A stretch of 64,000 nucleotides of DNA from an uncultured Nitrososphaerota archaeon (GTDB lineage Archaea > Thermoproteota > Methanomethylicia > Culexarchaeales > Culexmicrobiaceae), in NCBI GenBank assembly GCA_964462875.1, contig CAYWZQ010000001.1, positions 132,910 through 196,909 of the forward strand. Direction: 5' to 3'. This document shows positions 1-8,928 of this stretch, piece after piece. A program made the translations under genes and the position numbers. The notes beneath the pieces were generated by a model, which worked only from the letters and a program-made list of their open reading frames with translations, searched no databases and had not been told where the DNA came from. Position 1 is the stretch's first letter, and every line of letters starts with the position of its first letter.

Positions 1-912
1 AAAGTCCTAAATGTAACATTTGAACCCTACGGTAAGGATCACGCAGCACCTGGAGGTAGTAGAGATAGTTGCGTAGCCATAGCAAGAGAGATTTTAGGAA
101 TTGAACCACCCATGGGAATGGCCTATGAATGGGTATATGTAGGAGGTAGAGCAATGTCTAGTTCAGGCGGAGTATCATTTGACTTCGATGAATGGCCTAA
201 AGTGGCAAAACCAGAAGTCCTCAAATACTGGTACTATGTATCTAAACCGCTAACCCATCTAGAGTTCAGCCCGCTAAAAATACCGCAGCTATCAGATGAG
301 TATGATAGAGCTGAAAGAGTATACTTTGGCATAGAAAAAGTTAGTGAACCGAAAATTGAGGCAAACATGAAGAGAAGCTACGAAATAGCAAATAATGAAG
401 AGCCACCAAAGGAAATGCCCATCCAAATACCATATAGATTCGCAGTGGTACTATCCCAAATAATACCCATGAAGGAAGGTTTTGGAGTAATAGCAGCCAA
501 AAAGCTCATTAAAACAGGTCATATAAGGGAAATGCCTGATCAGGAAGGAATAAAACAGATCGAAGCAATATTGAAGAGAGCTAGGTATTGGGCTGAAAAA
601 TATGCCCCGGAAAATATGAAAATTAAAATAATTGAAAAACTGCCAAGGAACATAGCGGAGAAATTAAGCAATGAAGAAAAAGAGTTTTTGAGATTACTTG
701 GGGAGAAAATTGAGGAAAAAGAATGGACTCCAGACGATTTGGAAGCTGAAATTTATCGATTAGCAAGAGAGGTCACTAAACTAGGCTCTAAAAAAGCATT
801 CAGAGCAGCATATAGAGTGCTACTTGGAAGAGATAGCGGCCCAAGACTCGCCCCATTCATACTTACATTAGATGAAAAATTCGTTGTAAAAAGGTTTAAG
901 GAGCTGGCTTAA
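1..912 (+). CDS. lysK: lysyl-tRNA synthetase class I, C-terminal part (5' end outside window)
   Basis: Frame 1 is open from nt 1 (KVLNVTFEPYGKDHAAPGGSRDS...). Class I LysRS-like KMSKS variant AMSSSGG. ORF track 112..912 is the in-window tail. Confidence 0.75.
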   Translation, partial: KVLNVTFEPYGKDHAAPGGSRDSCVAIAREILGIEPPMGMAYEWVYVGGRAMSSSGGVSFDFDEWPKVAKPEVLKYWYYVSKPLTHLEFSPLKIPQLSDEYDRAERVYFGIEKVSEPKIEANMKRSYEIANNEEPPKEMPIQIPYRFAVVLSQIIPMKEGFGVIAAKKLIKTGHIREMPDQEGIKQIEAILKRARYWAEKYAPENMKIKIIEKLPRNIAEKLSNEEKEFLRLLGEKIEEKEWTPDDLEAEIYRLAREVTKLGSKKAFRAAYRVLLGRDSGPRLAPFILTLDEKFVVKRFKELA

Positions 913-920
913 ACTAGTGT

Positions 921-1799
921 TTATCCCTTAAGCCTCTTCCTAACATCATCAATCATGCTCTTCATCAATAGCGCATCATCCTCAAGTAACGGTGACTCTG
1001 ATATTATAGTGAACTTATAATCGTTTTCAACAATTATCTCTGCCAGATAAGTGAAATCTGGGCCATGCTCCGAAGAGCTTAATGGATGATGAGCCACTTC
1101 ACCTCCACTTCCAAACTCAACTTTAGTAAAGTGACAGTGCAAGCTATTCACAACATTGCTTCCCAGCCTCCTCTCAATTTCATTTAAAATTTTGAGATAA
1201 TCGTCCTTCCCATTAATGGCACCCTGACCCCTAGCATGTATATGAGCCCAATCAATAGTTGGTAGAACCCTCTCCACTGATTCACATATCACTATTATTT
1301 CATCCAAACTCCCCAACTGCTTAACCTTACCAGTTGTCTCGGGGCTCAAGAAAACATTTTCAAGTAAGTTCTCAGACTTAGCCTCATCAACAACTTCATT
1401 TAACACGCTAATACATCTTTCAAGAGCCTCGGTTGGCTCCAATTTTCCATAGTATCCAGGATGGAAAACTACTAATTTAGCACCCATCCAATTAGCAGCC
1501 CTAATAGCATCAAGCAACCTCTTCTTACTTGAAGCAAGTGTTGACTCATCAGTTGAGCACAGGTTTATGTAGTAGGGTGCATGAATTGAAAGCTCTATAT
1601 CCAGTTCTCTAGCATTCTTACCTAATAACCTGGCCCTCTCCTCATTAATTCTAACTCCTCTAACTGCCTGATACTCATATGCATTTAAACCAATTTCAGA
1701 TAAAAATTTAGGGACATTCTCCTGCTTACCCTTAAACTTCACCGGTTTACCTGCCGGTCCAAATCTCAATTTATTAACCAAGCATGCCCCCAAAATCAA
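921..1799 (-). CDS. nfo: endonuclease IV (AP endonuclease family 2, TIM-barrel)
   Basis: HAPYYINL, FHPG, metal-binding His/Asp/Glu pattern of the Nfo family. 292 aa. Confidence 0.7.
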   Translation of the reverse strand: MILGACLVNKLRFGPAGKPVKFKGKQENVPKFLSEIGLNAYEYQAVRGVRINEERARLLGKNARELDIELSIHAPYYINLCSTDESTLASSKKRLLDAIRAANWMGAKLVVFHPGYYGKLEPTEALERCISVLNEVVDEAKSENLLENVFLSPETTGKVKQLGSLDEIIVICESVERVLPTIDWAHIHARGQGAINGKDDYLKILNEIERRLGSNVVNSLHCHFTKVEFGSGGEVAHHPLSSSEHGPDFTYLAEIIVENDYKFTIISESPLLEDDALLMKSMIDDVRKRLKG

Positions 1800-2491
1800 A
1801 GAGACTTAACTGGAAATTTAACCTTAACTACTACACCATTAACATCAGATAATACAGCAAAAACCATCAGCGGCTTAAAAGCGAGATCCCTACATAAAGC
1901 AGTTAAAGCAGATGAACCAAACCTAGCAATCTCCAGCCCAGATAGCTTAATCCAAGATGTATTCACAAGTGCAGACATCTCCATTAAGGTGAAGTTTACG
2001 GGTTCACCGTTAAGTAGACCCCTGAAAACCACAATCAAGGTTCGATTAAACCAACTCGCATTGACCACTTCAACTTTAAACTCGTATCTCATGCACTTAG
2101 ATAAATTGAAGTCAACACTACTAAACCTCGCAACCAGCACCGCGTAAGTGGATGAAACAGTATCATTCCAATTAAAGTACACTTCACCACTCCACTCAAA
2201 AGATACTCCCTGCCTCACCGCCAATAATGAACGCTCAATCACACCTTGAAATGCAATAAGCTTCCTATGAAAAATCGCTCGACAACCACTCCTAGAGGCC
2301 ATAGCCAAAACCTTTACAAATAACTTAGACAGGCAATTGCTGAGATTAATAGCCACTAATGCATTTGAAGAATCAACATCTTCAAAACTTAAGGGCTGGA
2401 CAGCAAGTACTCCAGCAATCAACATAACTGATATCAAGACTAGAGATGCCAGAGCAAAGAACTGGGCTCTATCTCTCAATTCTCCTTGCAA
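1796..2491 (-). CDS. hypothetical secreted/membrane protein with N-terminal hydrophobic anchor and many N-glycosylation sequons
   Basis: N-terminus RAQFFALASLVLISVMLIAGVLAV. Last gene of a 4-gene minus-strand cluster. Overlaps the upstream gene by about 22 nt. Confidence 0.4.
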   Translation of the reverse strand: MQGELRDRAQFFALASLVLISVMLIAGVLAVQPLSFEDVDSSNALVAINLSNCLSKLFVKVLAMASRSGCRAIFHRKLIAFQGVIERSLLAVRQGVSFEWSGEVYFNWNDTVSSTYAVLVARFSSVDFNLSKCMRYEFKVEVVNASWFNRTLIVVFRGLLNGEPVNFTLMEMSALVNTSWIKLSGLEIARFGSSALTALCRDLAFKPLMVFAVLSDVNGVVVKVKFPVKSL

Positions 2492-2870
2492 AAACTCTCA
2501 CCTCATATATTGATGAGTCCTCAGCTATAGTCAAATACGCCAATTCAATTTCAGGCCTACTGCAAGAACCTATGGAGAAAGCATGTCCATCCTCATCCAA
2601 AACCACAATCCTAACTTCATACTCTTCACCCAGAAGCAAGCATACAATACTATGTAATTCACTTAAGTCCAGCCTACTCAACAAATCACTTAAAATGCCC
2701 ATCTCATCTAACTCCATAATTGATGAGAGCAAAGCATACTTCAGCTCGTACTTCTCAATATCAAGCCCCTCCACTGTAATGCAATAAAACTTCAATGCCA
2801 AAACCACTGAGATCAGTACGAAAAATAATGATAGGAGCGATTCCAATACTTGAAGCTGACCTCTCTTCAA
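2469..2870 (-). CDS. putative class III signal peptide (pilin-like) protein
   Basis: MKRG|QLQVLESLLSLFFVLISVVLAL: short basic N-terminus, Gly, then a 20-aa hydrophobic stretch with Glu at +6. Sits near the PibD gene. Confidence 0.35.
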   Translation of the reverse strand: MKRGQLQVLESLLSLFFVLISVVLALKFYCITVEGLDIEKYELKYALLSSIMELDEMGILSDLLSRLDLSELHSIVCLLLGEEYEVRIVVLDEDGHAFSIGSCSRPEIELAYLTIAEDSSIYEVRVFARRIER

Positions 2871-3334
2871 AGCCTTCCATCAGCCTCCTCAACATAGACT
2901 CGAACAATATATGGTTCCCCATTCATCGAAACCAATCTAAACGTGCTGGCGGCATTATTCTCATCAACATCACCTAACTCAATGAGCCTATTACTCGGGT
3001 TAAAAAGCTCCTCAATCACAATTTTCACTCTATAATTCTCCGGTACATCAAGCATCTTTAATAGCCGTTTATAGCCCATCAATTTAAGCTCAAGTAGCTT
3101 GCTCATCGAAATCCGATAGAGATGAACTCTATGCACTAGCCCAACATTGATGCTCGATGAAAAGCTCATGTATGAGCATAGCTCCTCAATGATTCTAATT
3201 GCCAGATACTCTTCACGAGCTTTAGTTAATATTGAATTGGTATGAGAAAGCTGTAGAGAAATCGTGGATACTACCACCATTAAGGCCAAAAGCATTATTG
3301 AAAAAGCTGAGATAAAATCAAGCTCACTAGACAT
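2867..3334 (-). CDS. hypothetical membrane-anchored protein (pilin-like cluster)
   Basis: N-terminus MSSELDFISAFSIMLLALMVVVSTISL. 4-nt overlap with the downstream gene. Confidence 0.3.
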   Translation of the reverse strand: MSSELDFISAFSIMLLALMVVVSTISLQLSHTNSILTKAREEYLAIRIIEELCSYMSFSSSINVGLVHRVHLYRISMSKLLELKLMGYKRLLKMLDVPENYRVKIVIEELFNPSNRLIELGDVDENNAASTFRLVSMNGEPYIVRVYVEEADGRL

Positions 3335-3340
3335 ATACTC

Positions 3341-3694
3341 TCACCCACTGCTTAACCGGATAATTAAACCTGTATTGCACATTTTCATGAAAACCTTCAC
3401 CTCGCCAGTAGAGCTTAAGCATGAACCACTAGCCTCATCAACCGGTACTTGAATTACAATTGATGAAAGAATCGCGTAATTTAATCTGCTAACCTTAAGC
3501 ATTAGCATGCCGCTTTTAGTTGAAGAAATACTAATTACATAGGGTTCATTACCTGCCAAATGAGGTACTTTAACTATAAATGATACCGACTCTATGGACC
3601 CATCATGCAATAACATTGAATAAACCCTGCAAATTATTGATGAAAACCTAGCGCACAATAAATCGGCAACTCTATGAGCAGAAATTTCGTTCAA
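3341..3694 (-). CDS. hypothetical protein (pilin-like cluster); may extend upstream to about 3790
   Basis: Track ORF starts at TTG. The in-frame upstream sequence encodes SRIKVVAYSVLLAISLIATLVISG but has no canonical start. Confidence 0.3.
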   Translation of the reverse strand: MNEISAHRVADLLCARFSSIICRVYSMLLHDGSIESVSFIVKVPHLAGNEPYVISISSTKSGMLMLKVSRLNYAILSSIVIQVPVDEASGSCLSSTGEVKVFMKMCNTGLIIRLSSG

Positions 3695-3832
3695 TCCCCT
3701 ACCCAGTTCACGTAATGTTCCACTAATAACTAAGGTGGCAATAAGCGAAATAGCTAGTAAAACACTGTAAGCAACAACTTTAATTCTACTCCCACCATAA
3801 GAGATGCCTAAGCACTATTTAAAGCCACGCCA

Positions 3833-4000
3833 CTATGAAATTGGGAACTCCTCACCACATCTTGGACACTTTACATAGCCACATGAACCAGTCACTGAAG
3901 ATGGACATCCTGCACAGGCAAAGGCTCTAGCATATGATAAGTCAAATGTAAATCCACACTTAGGACACGTAATCCTCTGCTTACTAAACCTGAACTTCAC
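3833..4000 (-). CDS. small zinc-ribbon protein (55 aa), not in ORF track
   Basis: GTG start. VKFRFSKQRITCPKCGF...CAGCP...CPRCGEEFPIS. Two CPxCG knuckles. Confidence 0.4.
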   Translation of the reverse strand: MKFRFSKQRITCPKCGFTFDLSYARAFACAGCPSSVTGSCGYVKCPRCGEEFPIS

Positions 4001-4088
4001 GACTCACACCCCATGGCAGCCATTATAGTGCAACTCCAAACCACAAGTATGATAGTGGAGCAATGTAATTTATATCTTTCAGGGAACA

Positions 4089-4925
4089 GTGAAGAATGGA
4101 GGGATGACCATTAAATTTGAAGCCGAAAGCACACTACATATGATCAGAATAGCAACATCAATAACCTGCCTCGCATATGCCTCATGGAGTGACTGGAGAA
4201 CAAGAGAAGTTAGCGATTATGTGTGGATAGTAATGGTGCTTATAGGTGCTGCAATTCTATTTACTGAATGGATCTTCAAGCTCATACCTCCAGAAACATA
4301 CTACATGGTGGCAGCATCAATTGCATCATCATTTGCCATTGGATTTTCCCTCTTCTACCTAGATCTCTTTGGCGGAGCTGATGCAAAGGCAATTATGTCC
4401 CTAAGCATACTCTTTCCATTAAATGATAAAACACTGCTCCCCTACCTCAAATTAATGAATCCCATTCTCCCCATCTCAACATTCAATAATTCAGTATTGA
4501 TAGCATCGCTGACATCAATTGCAATATTAGTGAAAAATATCGCTGATATCATTAAGGGATGCAAGCTATTCGAAGATATTGAAGAAGAAAGTCCATTAAA
4601 GAAAATGCTAATACTCTTCTCAAGTTATAGAGTTCGAGCTGAAGACTTAAAGCACAAGAAGTTCATCTACCCTATCGAGGAAATATCGGTAGAAAGTGGG
4701 AAAATCAAAAGGAAAATTAGAGTTAGAGTTGGAGTATCAGGTGGAGAAGAAAGGCTCTCCCACCTAATTAAACTCGTTGACAGCGGAATTTTAAGAGGAT
4801 ATGTGTGGGTCACTCCAGGGCTACCCATGATGATATTCATGCTGGCCGGCCTAATCATCTCAATACTACTCGGAGACCTGATCATGGCACTAATGCTTGA
4901 AGTAAGAAAACTAACATCACCCTAA
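4089..4925 (+). CDS. pibD: prepilin/preflagellin peptidase (A24 family, PibD/FlaK-like)
   Basis: Two catalytic Asp motifs, SWSDWRTREVSD and FGGADAKA. Polytopic membrane protein, 278 aa. Confidence 0.7.
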   Translation: MKNGGMTIKFEAESTLHMIRIATSITCLAYASWSDWRTREVSDYVWIVMVLIGAAILFTEWIFKLIPPETYYMVAASIASSFAIGFSLFYLDLFGGADAKAIMSLSILFPLNDKTLLPYLKLMNPILPISTFNNSVLIASLTSIAILVKNIADIIKGCKLFEDIEEESPLKKMLILFSSYRVRAEDLKHKKFIYPIEEISVESGKIKRKIRVRVGVSGGEERLSHLIKLVDSGILRGYVWVTPGLPMMIFMLAGLIISILLGDLIMALMLEVRKLTSP

Positions 4926-5410
4926 CGAGAATTTCCAAAAACCATTACAACCGGATTGAGGCCGAGCATTTCATAAGAATCTCTCACGATTCCCATGACT
5001 TGATACGCAGTTAATTTCGGATAATAGTGGAGATGGCTTACACATCTACAATCAGTACAACCAAAACCCCTAATTGGAACTGCAAATGGACTTCTAGTCA
5101 ACAATTCAGCAATTCTGCACTCATACTTCAAATCAGTTCTCGCAGCTACTATACCAAAAACATGTGAATCCTTAATCGAAGTTAAATAGTCAATATGCCA
5201 CTTAACTCGCTTTTCAAAGCTTAAATGCCTCTTAACGCGGTAATATATGGCGTGCCTTGAAGGGCCCAATGCGGAGCCAGTATAGCTATAAATTCCATGA
5301 ATCAGATGCAATCTACCAAGACTACCAACATGCAAATATACTTCACGCTTCAATGAAATGATCAGCGTATATGTACCTTTACCCAGCTCCCTAAGCAAAT
5401 GCACCGACAT
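4922..5410 (-). CDS. GIY-YIG-like nuclease family protein (DUF123-like)
   Basis: HGIYSYTGSALG and GTYTLIISL motifs. Cys cluster GCTDCRC. Confidence 0.4.
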   Translation of the reverse strand: MSVHLLRELGKGTYTLIISLKREVYLHVGSLGRLHLIHGIYSYTGSALGPSRHAIYYRVKRHLSFEKRVKWHIDYLTSIKDSHVFGIVAARTDLKYECRIAELLTRSPFAVPIRGFGCTDCRCVSHLHYYPKLTAYQVMGIVRDSYEMLGLNPVVMVFGNSR

Positions 5411-5507
5411 TCAGATAAAACTATAACTTGCAAAACAAAATATTTAGATTGGCTATGAGGAAGAACTCGGGTACTGAGCGCTAAGTGATGATAAAAGAAG
5501 CTGAGCC

Positions 5508-5588
5508 AGCAGCGCAGCTATGATTAAGGGTCAAAGCACCGATAGAATTGTGAAATGAAGAAGCCGCTACGTCATGAGCTGCGCTGCT
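5508..5588. repeat. perfect 12-bp inverted repeat (AGCAGCGCAGCT / AGCTGCGCTGCT) enclosing a 57-nt loop
   Basis: Arms at 5508..5519 and 5577..5588. The right arm overlaps the stop codon of the 5587..5802 gene. Confidence 0.6.
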
Positions 5589-5802
5589 ACCTAACCTTCT
5601 CCTTCGGCCTCCGCCACAACAGCCTAGTGGGAGTGTTCTTAATGATCTCATAAACTTGATCCCACGTTAAACCATATTTCCTGGCAAGCTCATCCATTGA
5701 AATAGTGTAGTGAGCCCACTCATAGACTATCATGTGCTTAATATCATCAGATACAGCTTCAACACCACTTTTCTCCACGCTCTCACGCTTGCGCCTACTC
5801 AA
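5587..5802 (-). CDS. small HTH-like hypothetical protein
   Basis: 71 aa, basic termini. ISMDELARKYGLTWDQVYEII resembles an HTH. Confidence 0.3.
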   Translation of the reverse strand: MSRRKRESVEKSGVEAVSDDIKHMIVYEWAHYTISMDELARKYGLTWDQVYEIIKNTPTRLLWRRPKEKVR

Positions 5803-5868
5803 AATATCACCGAAGCAGAATTCCAGAGAAACAGATAAATATTTTACTTAGGGTAAGCAGTCTAAGTT

Positions 5869-5997
5869 ATGACCATGAAGTGCCCCAAGTGTGGAGCTAA
5901 GTTGCCAAAGAAATATGAAAGAAAGGGAGGCAAAGTTAAGGTAATACGCTACTTACCATGCAGCAAGTGCGGCTTCACATTTAGTAGTGCTAAATAG
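5869..5997 (+). CDS. small zinc-ribbon protein (42 aa), not in ORF track
   Basis: MTMKCPKCGAKLPKKYERKGGKVKVIRYLPCSKCGFTFSSAK. CPKCG...CSKCG. Confidence 0.35.
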   Translation: MTMKCPKCGAKLPKKYERKGGKVKVIRYLPCSKCGFTFSSAK

Positions 5998-6271
5998 CCT
6001 TGCCAATAAGCTCGCCCACTGCAAATCCAGGCTTCACTAATACAATTTTTATCTTAACCCTATCACCAGGCCTAGTATTAGGCACAAAAATTACGTAGCC
6101 CCTTATCTTAGCTACACCATCACCTCTACGACTCAAACCCTCAATCACAACCGTCACCTCATCACCTATAGAAACTGGCTTAGGCTTAAAGTATGCAGGC
6201 TTAATTCTGCTTCCACCATGAAACCTCCTAGAAAAACTGCCACGCCTATCATTTGACTTGCCAGAGCTCAT
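5990..6271 (-). CDS. TRAM domain protein
   Basis: GDEVTVVIEGLSRRGDGVAKIRGYVIFVPNTRPGDRVKIKI. Typical TRAM OB-fold signature. Confidence 0.6.
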   Translation of the reverse strand: MSSGKSNDRRGSFSRRFHGGSRIKPAYFKPKPVSIGDEVTVVIEGLSRRGDGVAKIRGYVIFVPNTRPGDRVKIKIVLVKPGFAVGELIGKAI

Positions 6272-6394
6272 TAACCCATCTCCAAGTTATTTGATTTCAA
6301 ATACTATGCAGAGAGTATTTAAGGATTTCGAGGCGGCGAAAACTACACAATACTTAAATAATGCGGATGAATGGATAAACACGCCATTTGAGAG

Positions 6395-6712
6395 GTGCAG
6401 TCAATGGCAAAGCCAATATCAATAATAATGGTGATAGCAGACTGGGAAAAGGCAAGTAGCTATGTAAAGGAAGTTTGCCGTAAAGTAGCTGAGGAAGTAG
6501 GCATAGAGCTTGAGGAGAGAAAGGAAGATTATGACTTCCTATGCGAGCATGGAGTGAGAAATGAATATGGAGGCATAGACATACCCCAGGTATTCATAAA
6601 GTATGATAATGGGGAAATAAAGTACGTTATGTCAAGAGTTCCATTGACATCAGATGGAAAACCAGACCTAGAAGCTGCAGAGAAAATGCTAAGGGAAGCA
6701 TTAGGAGGATAA
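6395..6712 (+). CDS. hypothetical protein
   Basis: 105-aa ORF. No family recognised. Confidence 0.3.
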   Translation: MQSMAKPISIIMVIADWEKASSYVKEVCRKVAEEVGIELEERKEDYDFLCEHGVRNEYGGIDIPQVFIKYDNGEIKYVMSRVPLTSDGKPDLEAAEKMLREALGG

Positions 6713-6720
6713 AGAAGACC

Positions 6721-7140
6721 ATGAAGGAAAAAATAGCAGTAATAGCATCAGAAAATGGTAAGGCAAAAATCCTTGAAGAACACGAAGGCAATATAAGCGA
6801 AATAGTTAGACACATTGCGAGAAAAGCCCTTGAAATATGGGATAATGAAAAATCCGACTTCATAATTATAAGAGATAGGTATCCAGTTGAAATAAATCTA
6901 CCAATAACAAAGGATGAATATGAAGTCTATTCAAAGTACAATTTGAGGCGGACAAGCTCAAAAACAGCCCTATTCGAACTACCAGTCTACATAATATCCT
7001 ACGATAATGAGTGGAGAGAGGAAAACTACAAGGATTATAAAGTGCTAATCGTGGTGCCAAATGTTGGAGACAACATAATTAAGGAAATCATCAATTGGGC
7101 AGCAGAAATGACTCTGGAAAACGAAGAAGATAATATTTAA
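6721..7140 (+). CDS. hypothetical protein
   Basis: 139-aa ORF immediately downstream of 6395..6712. Confidence 0.3.
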   Translation: MKEKIAVIASENGKAKILEEHEGNISEIVRHIARKALEIWDNEKSDFIIIRDRYPVEINLPITKDEYEVYSKYNLRRTSSKTALFELPVYIISYDNEWREENYKDYKVLIVVPNVGDNIIKEIINWAAEMTLENEEDNI

Positions 7141-7523
7141 CCAAAAATCCACCAGCGCCTCTTCTTTTTACCCATCTTCTTCTTCCTAGCCTCCTTAAGA
7201 GCACGCTCCTTTTGCTTTTCTATTTCAACTAATTCCTCAATTCTCCTAATCAACTGCTCAACAGCATCCCTATCATGAAATAGGGCGACAATTTCATCAA
7301 CCACTGGATGCTGAATATAGGCCTTAACGAAGGGTATCACGTACACAATAGACAGTTCAGCACCAACCCATGCAAGAGGCTTAATAGTCTCCAAAAACAT
7401 TATGGCAGGAGTCTCCAAGCCCCTCTTAACTATTTCAGTAGCTATTTTATCTATCAATTGCTTCTTACGTTCAGGAGATAGCTCAAGAGCTTCAGGTGAA
7501 AACATAATTCCACCATCTTTCAC
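7137..7523 (-). CDS. hypothetical protein with basic C-terminal tail
   Basis: 128 aa. Ends KKKMGKKKRRWWIFG. Confidence 0.3.
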   Translation of the reverse strand: MKDGGIMFSPEALELSPERKKQLIDKIATEIVKRGLETPAIMFLETIKPLAWVGAELSIVYVIPFVKAYIQHPVVDEIVALFHDRDAVEQLIRRIEELVEIEKQKERALKEARKKKMGKKKRRWWIFG

Positions 7524-7572
7524 TAAAATATGCTAGCATGAGACAATTAAATTTATTCCTCCAATCAGCAAC

Positions 7573-8466
7573 TTAGGTGAACGATAATAGGCTTTTCGCC
7601 TTAGTATCAATTTCACGTCTATACTTAGCTATCAACTCCGGATAGTTCTCGACAGTTTGCATATTCTCCTCCAAGCACTTCAAGTACAGCTCTCCCGCTT
7701 TAGAATGAAGATTGGATAATGCCTCGTGAAGACGCTTCCCTATCTCAACTGCACTACTACAAGTTGGCGAGCATGGTATGAAGCCGCTCACAAAATAAGC
7801 ATATATACTTGGGGAACCGCCAGTTAGCTTTAACTCTTTAATTTGCCTCGAAGCCCTCTCCTCAACATAAACATTAGAACTCCTATCCTCAGCATATCTA
7901 TTAACACAGCACTCCGGATAGCCCAGAACCTTTCCAAGCTCAGCAACATAGCTCTTGGATAGCTCCTCGGGGTAAACTAGCAATGAGGGTGGAAGAGTTA
8001 GAGGCCTCATTGCCAATATGGCCCTCCTAATTTCCCGCCTAACTTTAAAAAGCTCCTTTAACTTCTTATGAATGCTTGAATCCCTGAATAAAAACACTTC
8101 ATAAATGCTTGGTCTAACCTCCTCAACAACCAATTTCAATCCAAATAGCTTCGCCCACTCTTCATGTGCCTTAAAGATTTCAGACTTGAAAACATACTTT
8201 TTGAAGAGCTTCCTAATCTTATTCCTGAGCTTAACTATCATTTCACCTCTTAAACTCAAGTCCCTAGTACTCATGATAAGCAATAAATCCTTCTTGCACT
8301 CCTCATCAATCATTTTACCAATTTCACTTGCATTTGGAAGCTCAGCGGGAATAGTGAAAAATGAGCAAGGCCTAACTTCAAGGTACACCGATAAATAGTC
8401 TTCAAGCTTAACTTTAGTGAGCATTCTACGATCATTAATAAAGTCCTCTATTATACCCATCAGCAC
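7573..8466 (-). CDS. hypothetical protein with GYPECC / CSPTC cysteine motifs
   Basis: 297 aa, conserved-looking GYPECCVNRY motif. Family not securely recognised. Confidence 0.3.
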   Translation of the reverse strand: MLMGIIEDFINDRRMLTKVKLEDYLSVYLEVRPCSFFTIPAELPNASEIGKMIDEECKKDLLLIMSTRDLSLRGEMIVKLRNKIRKLFKKYVFKSEIFKAHEEWAKLFGLKLVVEEVRPSIYEVFLFRDSSIHKKLKELFKVRREIRRAILAMRPLTLPPSLLVYPEELSKSYVAELGKVLGYPECCVNRYAEDRSSNVYVEERASRQIKELKLTGGSPSIYAYFVSGFIPCSPTCSSAVEIGKRLHEALSNLHSKAGELYLKCLEENMQTVENYPELIAKYRREIDTKAKSLLSFT

Positions 8467-8538
8467 ATCACCTTATCTCAGAGACCAAGTTAAATAAGCG
8501 ATAATTTCACTAATAAGGGTTGAGGAAGTAGATGAACC

Positions 8539-8916
8539 ATGAAGAAGCGGAGCAGAATGCCCTCATTTGAAGAGTACTTTGCAGGCTCCATGCTGGCCAA
8601 TGCACCTGGCTGGGCTACAATAGCACTAATGTCCTATCTATATGAAATAGCCCTAATAGGCGAGGAGCTAATTCAAATAGCACTCCTATTTAGCTATGGA
8701 ATTGGCGGCATAATTGGAGCATATCTCGTTGCCAATAAAGCCTATAGAGATAGATTTCGAGTTGGAATAGAAGTGGGCCTCGCAGCATTCATAATAAACA
8801 TGATATTTACAGCCATAGTATTGACATCAATTCCAACACTACACTCCCTTATAGGTTTAGTTGTTGGAGGAGCAATAGGCGGAGTAATATCCGCAAGAAA
8901 ACTTAAGGAACAATAG
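8539..8916 (+). CDS. small membrane protein
   Basis: 125 aa with 3-4 hydrophobic helices and Gly-rich segments. Confidence 0.3.
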   Translation: MKKRSRMPSFEEYFAGSMLANAPGWATIALMSYLYEIALIGEELIQIALLFSYGIGGIIGAYLVANKAYRDRFRVGIEVGLAAFIINMIFTAIVLTSIPTLHSLIGLVVGGAIGGVISARKLKEQ

Positions 8917-8928
8917 CATAAGGAATCT

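Noticed and set aside
5484-5530. Possible C/D-box sRNA (GUGAUGA ... CUGA ... UGAUUA)
   Set aside because: Box spacing (9 nt to D') and the degenerate C'/D boxes do not fit the canonical architecture. Kept only as a note within the inverted-repeat finding.
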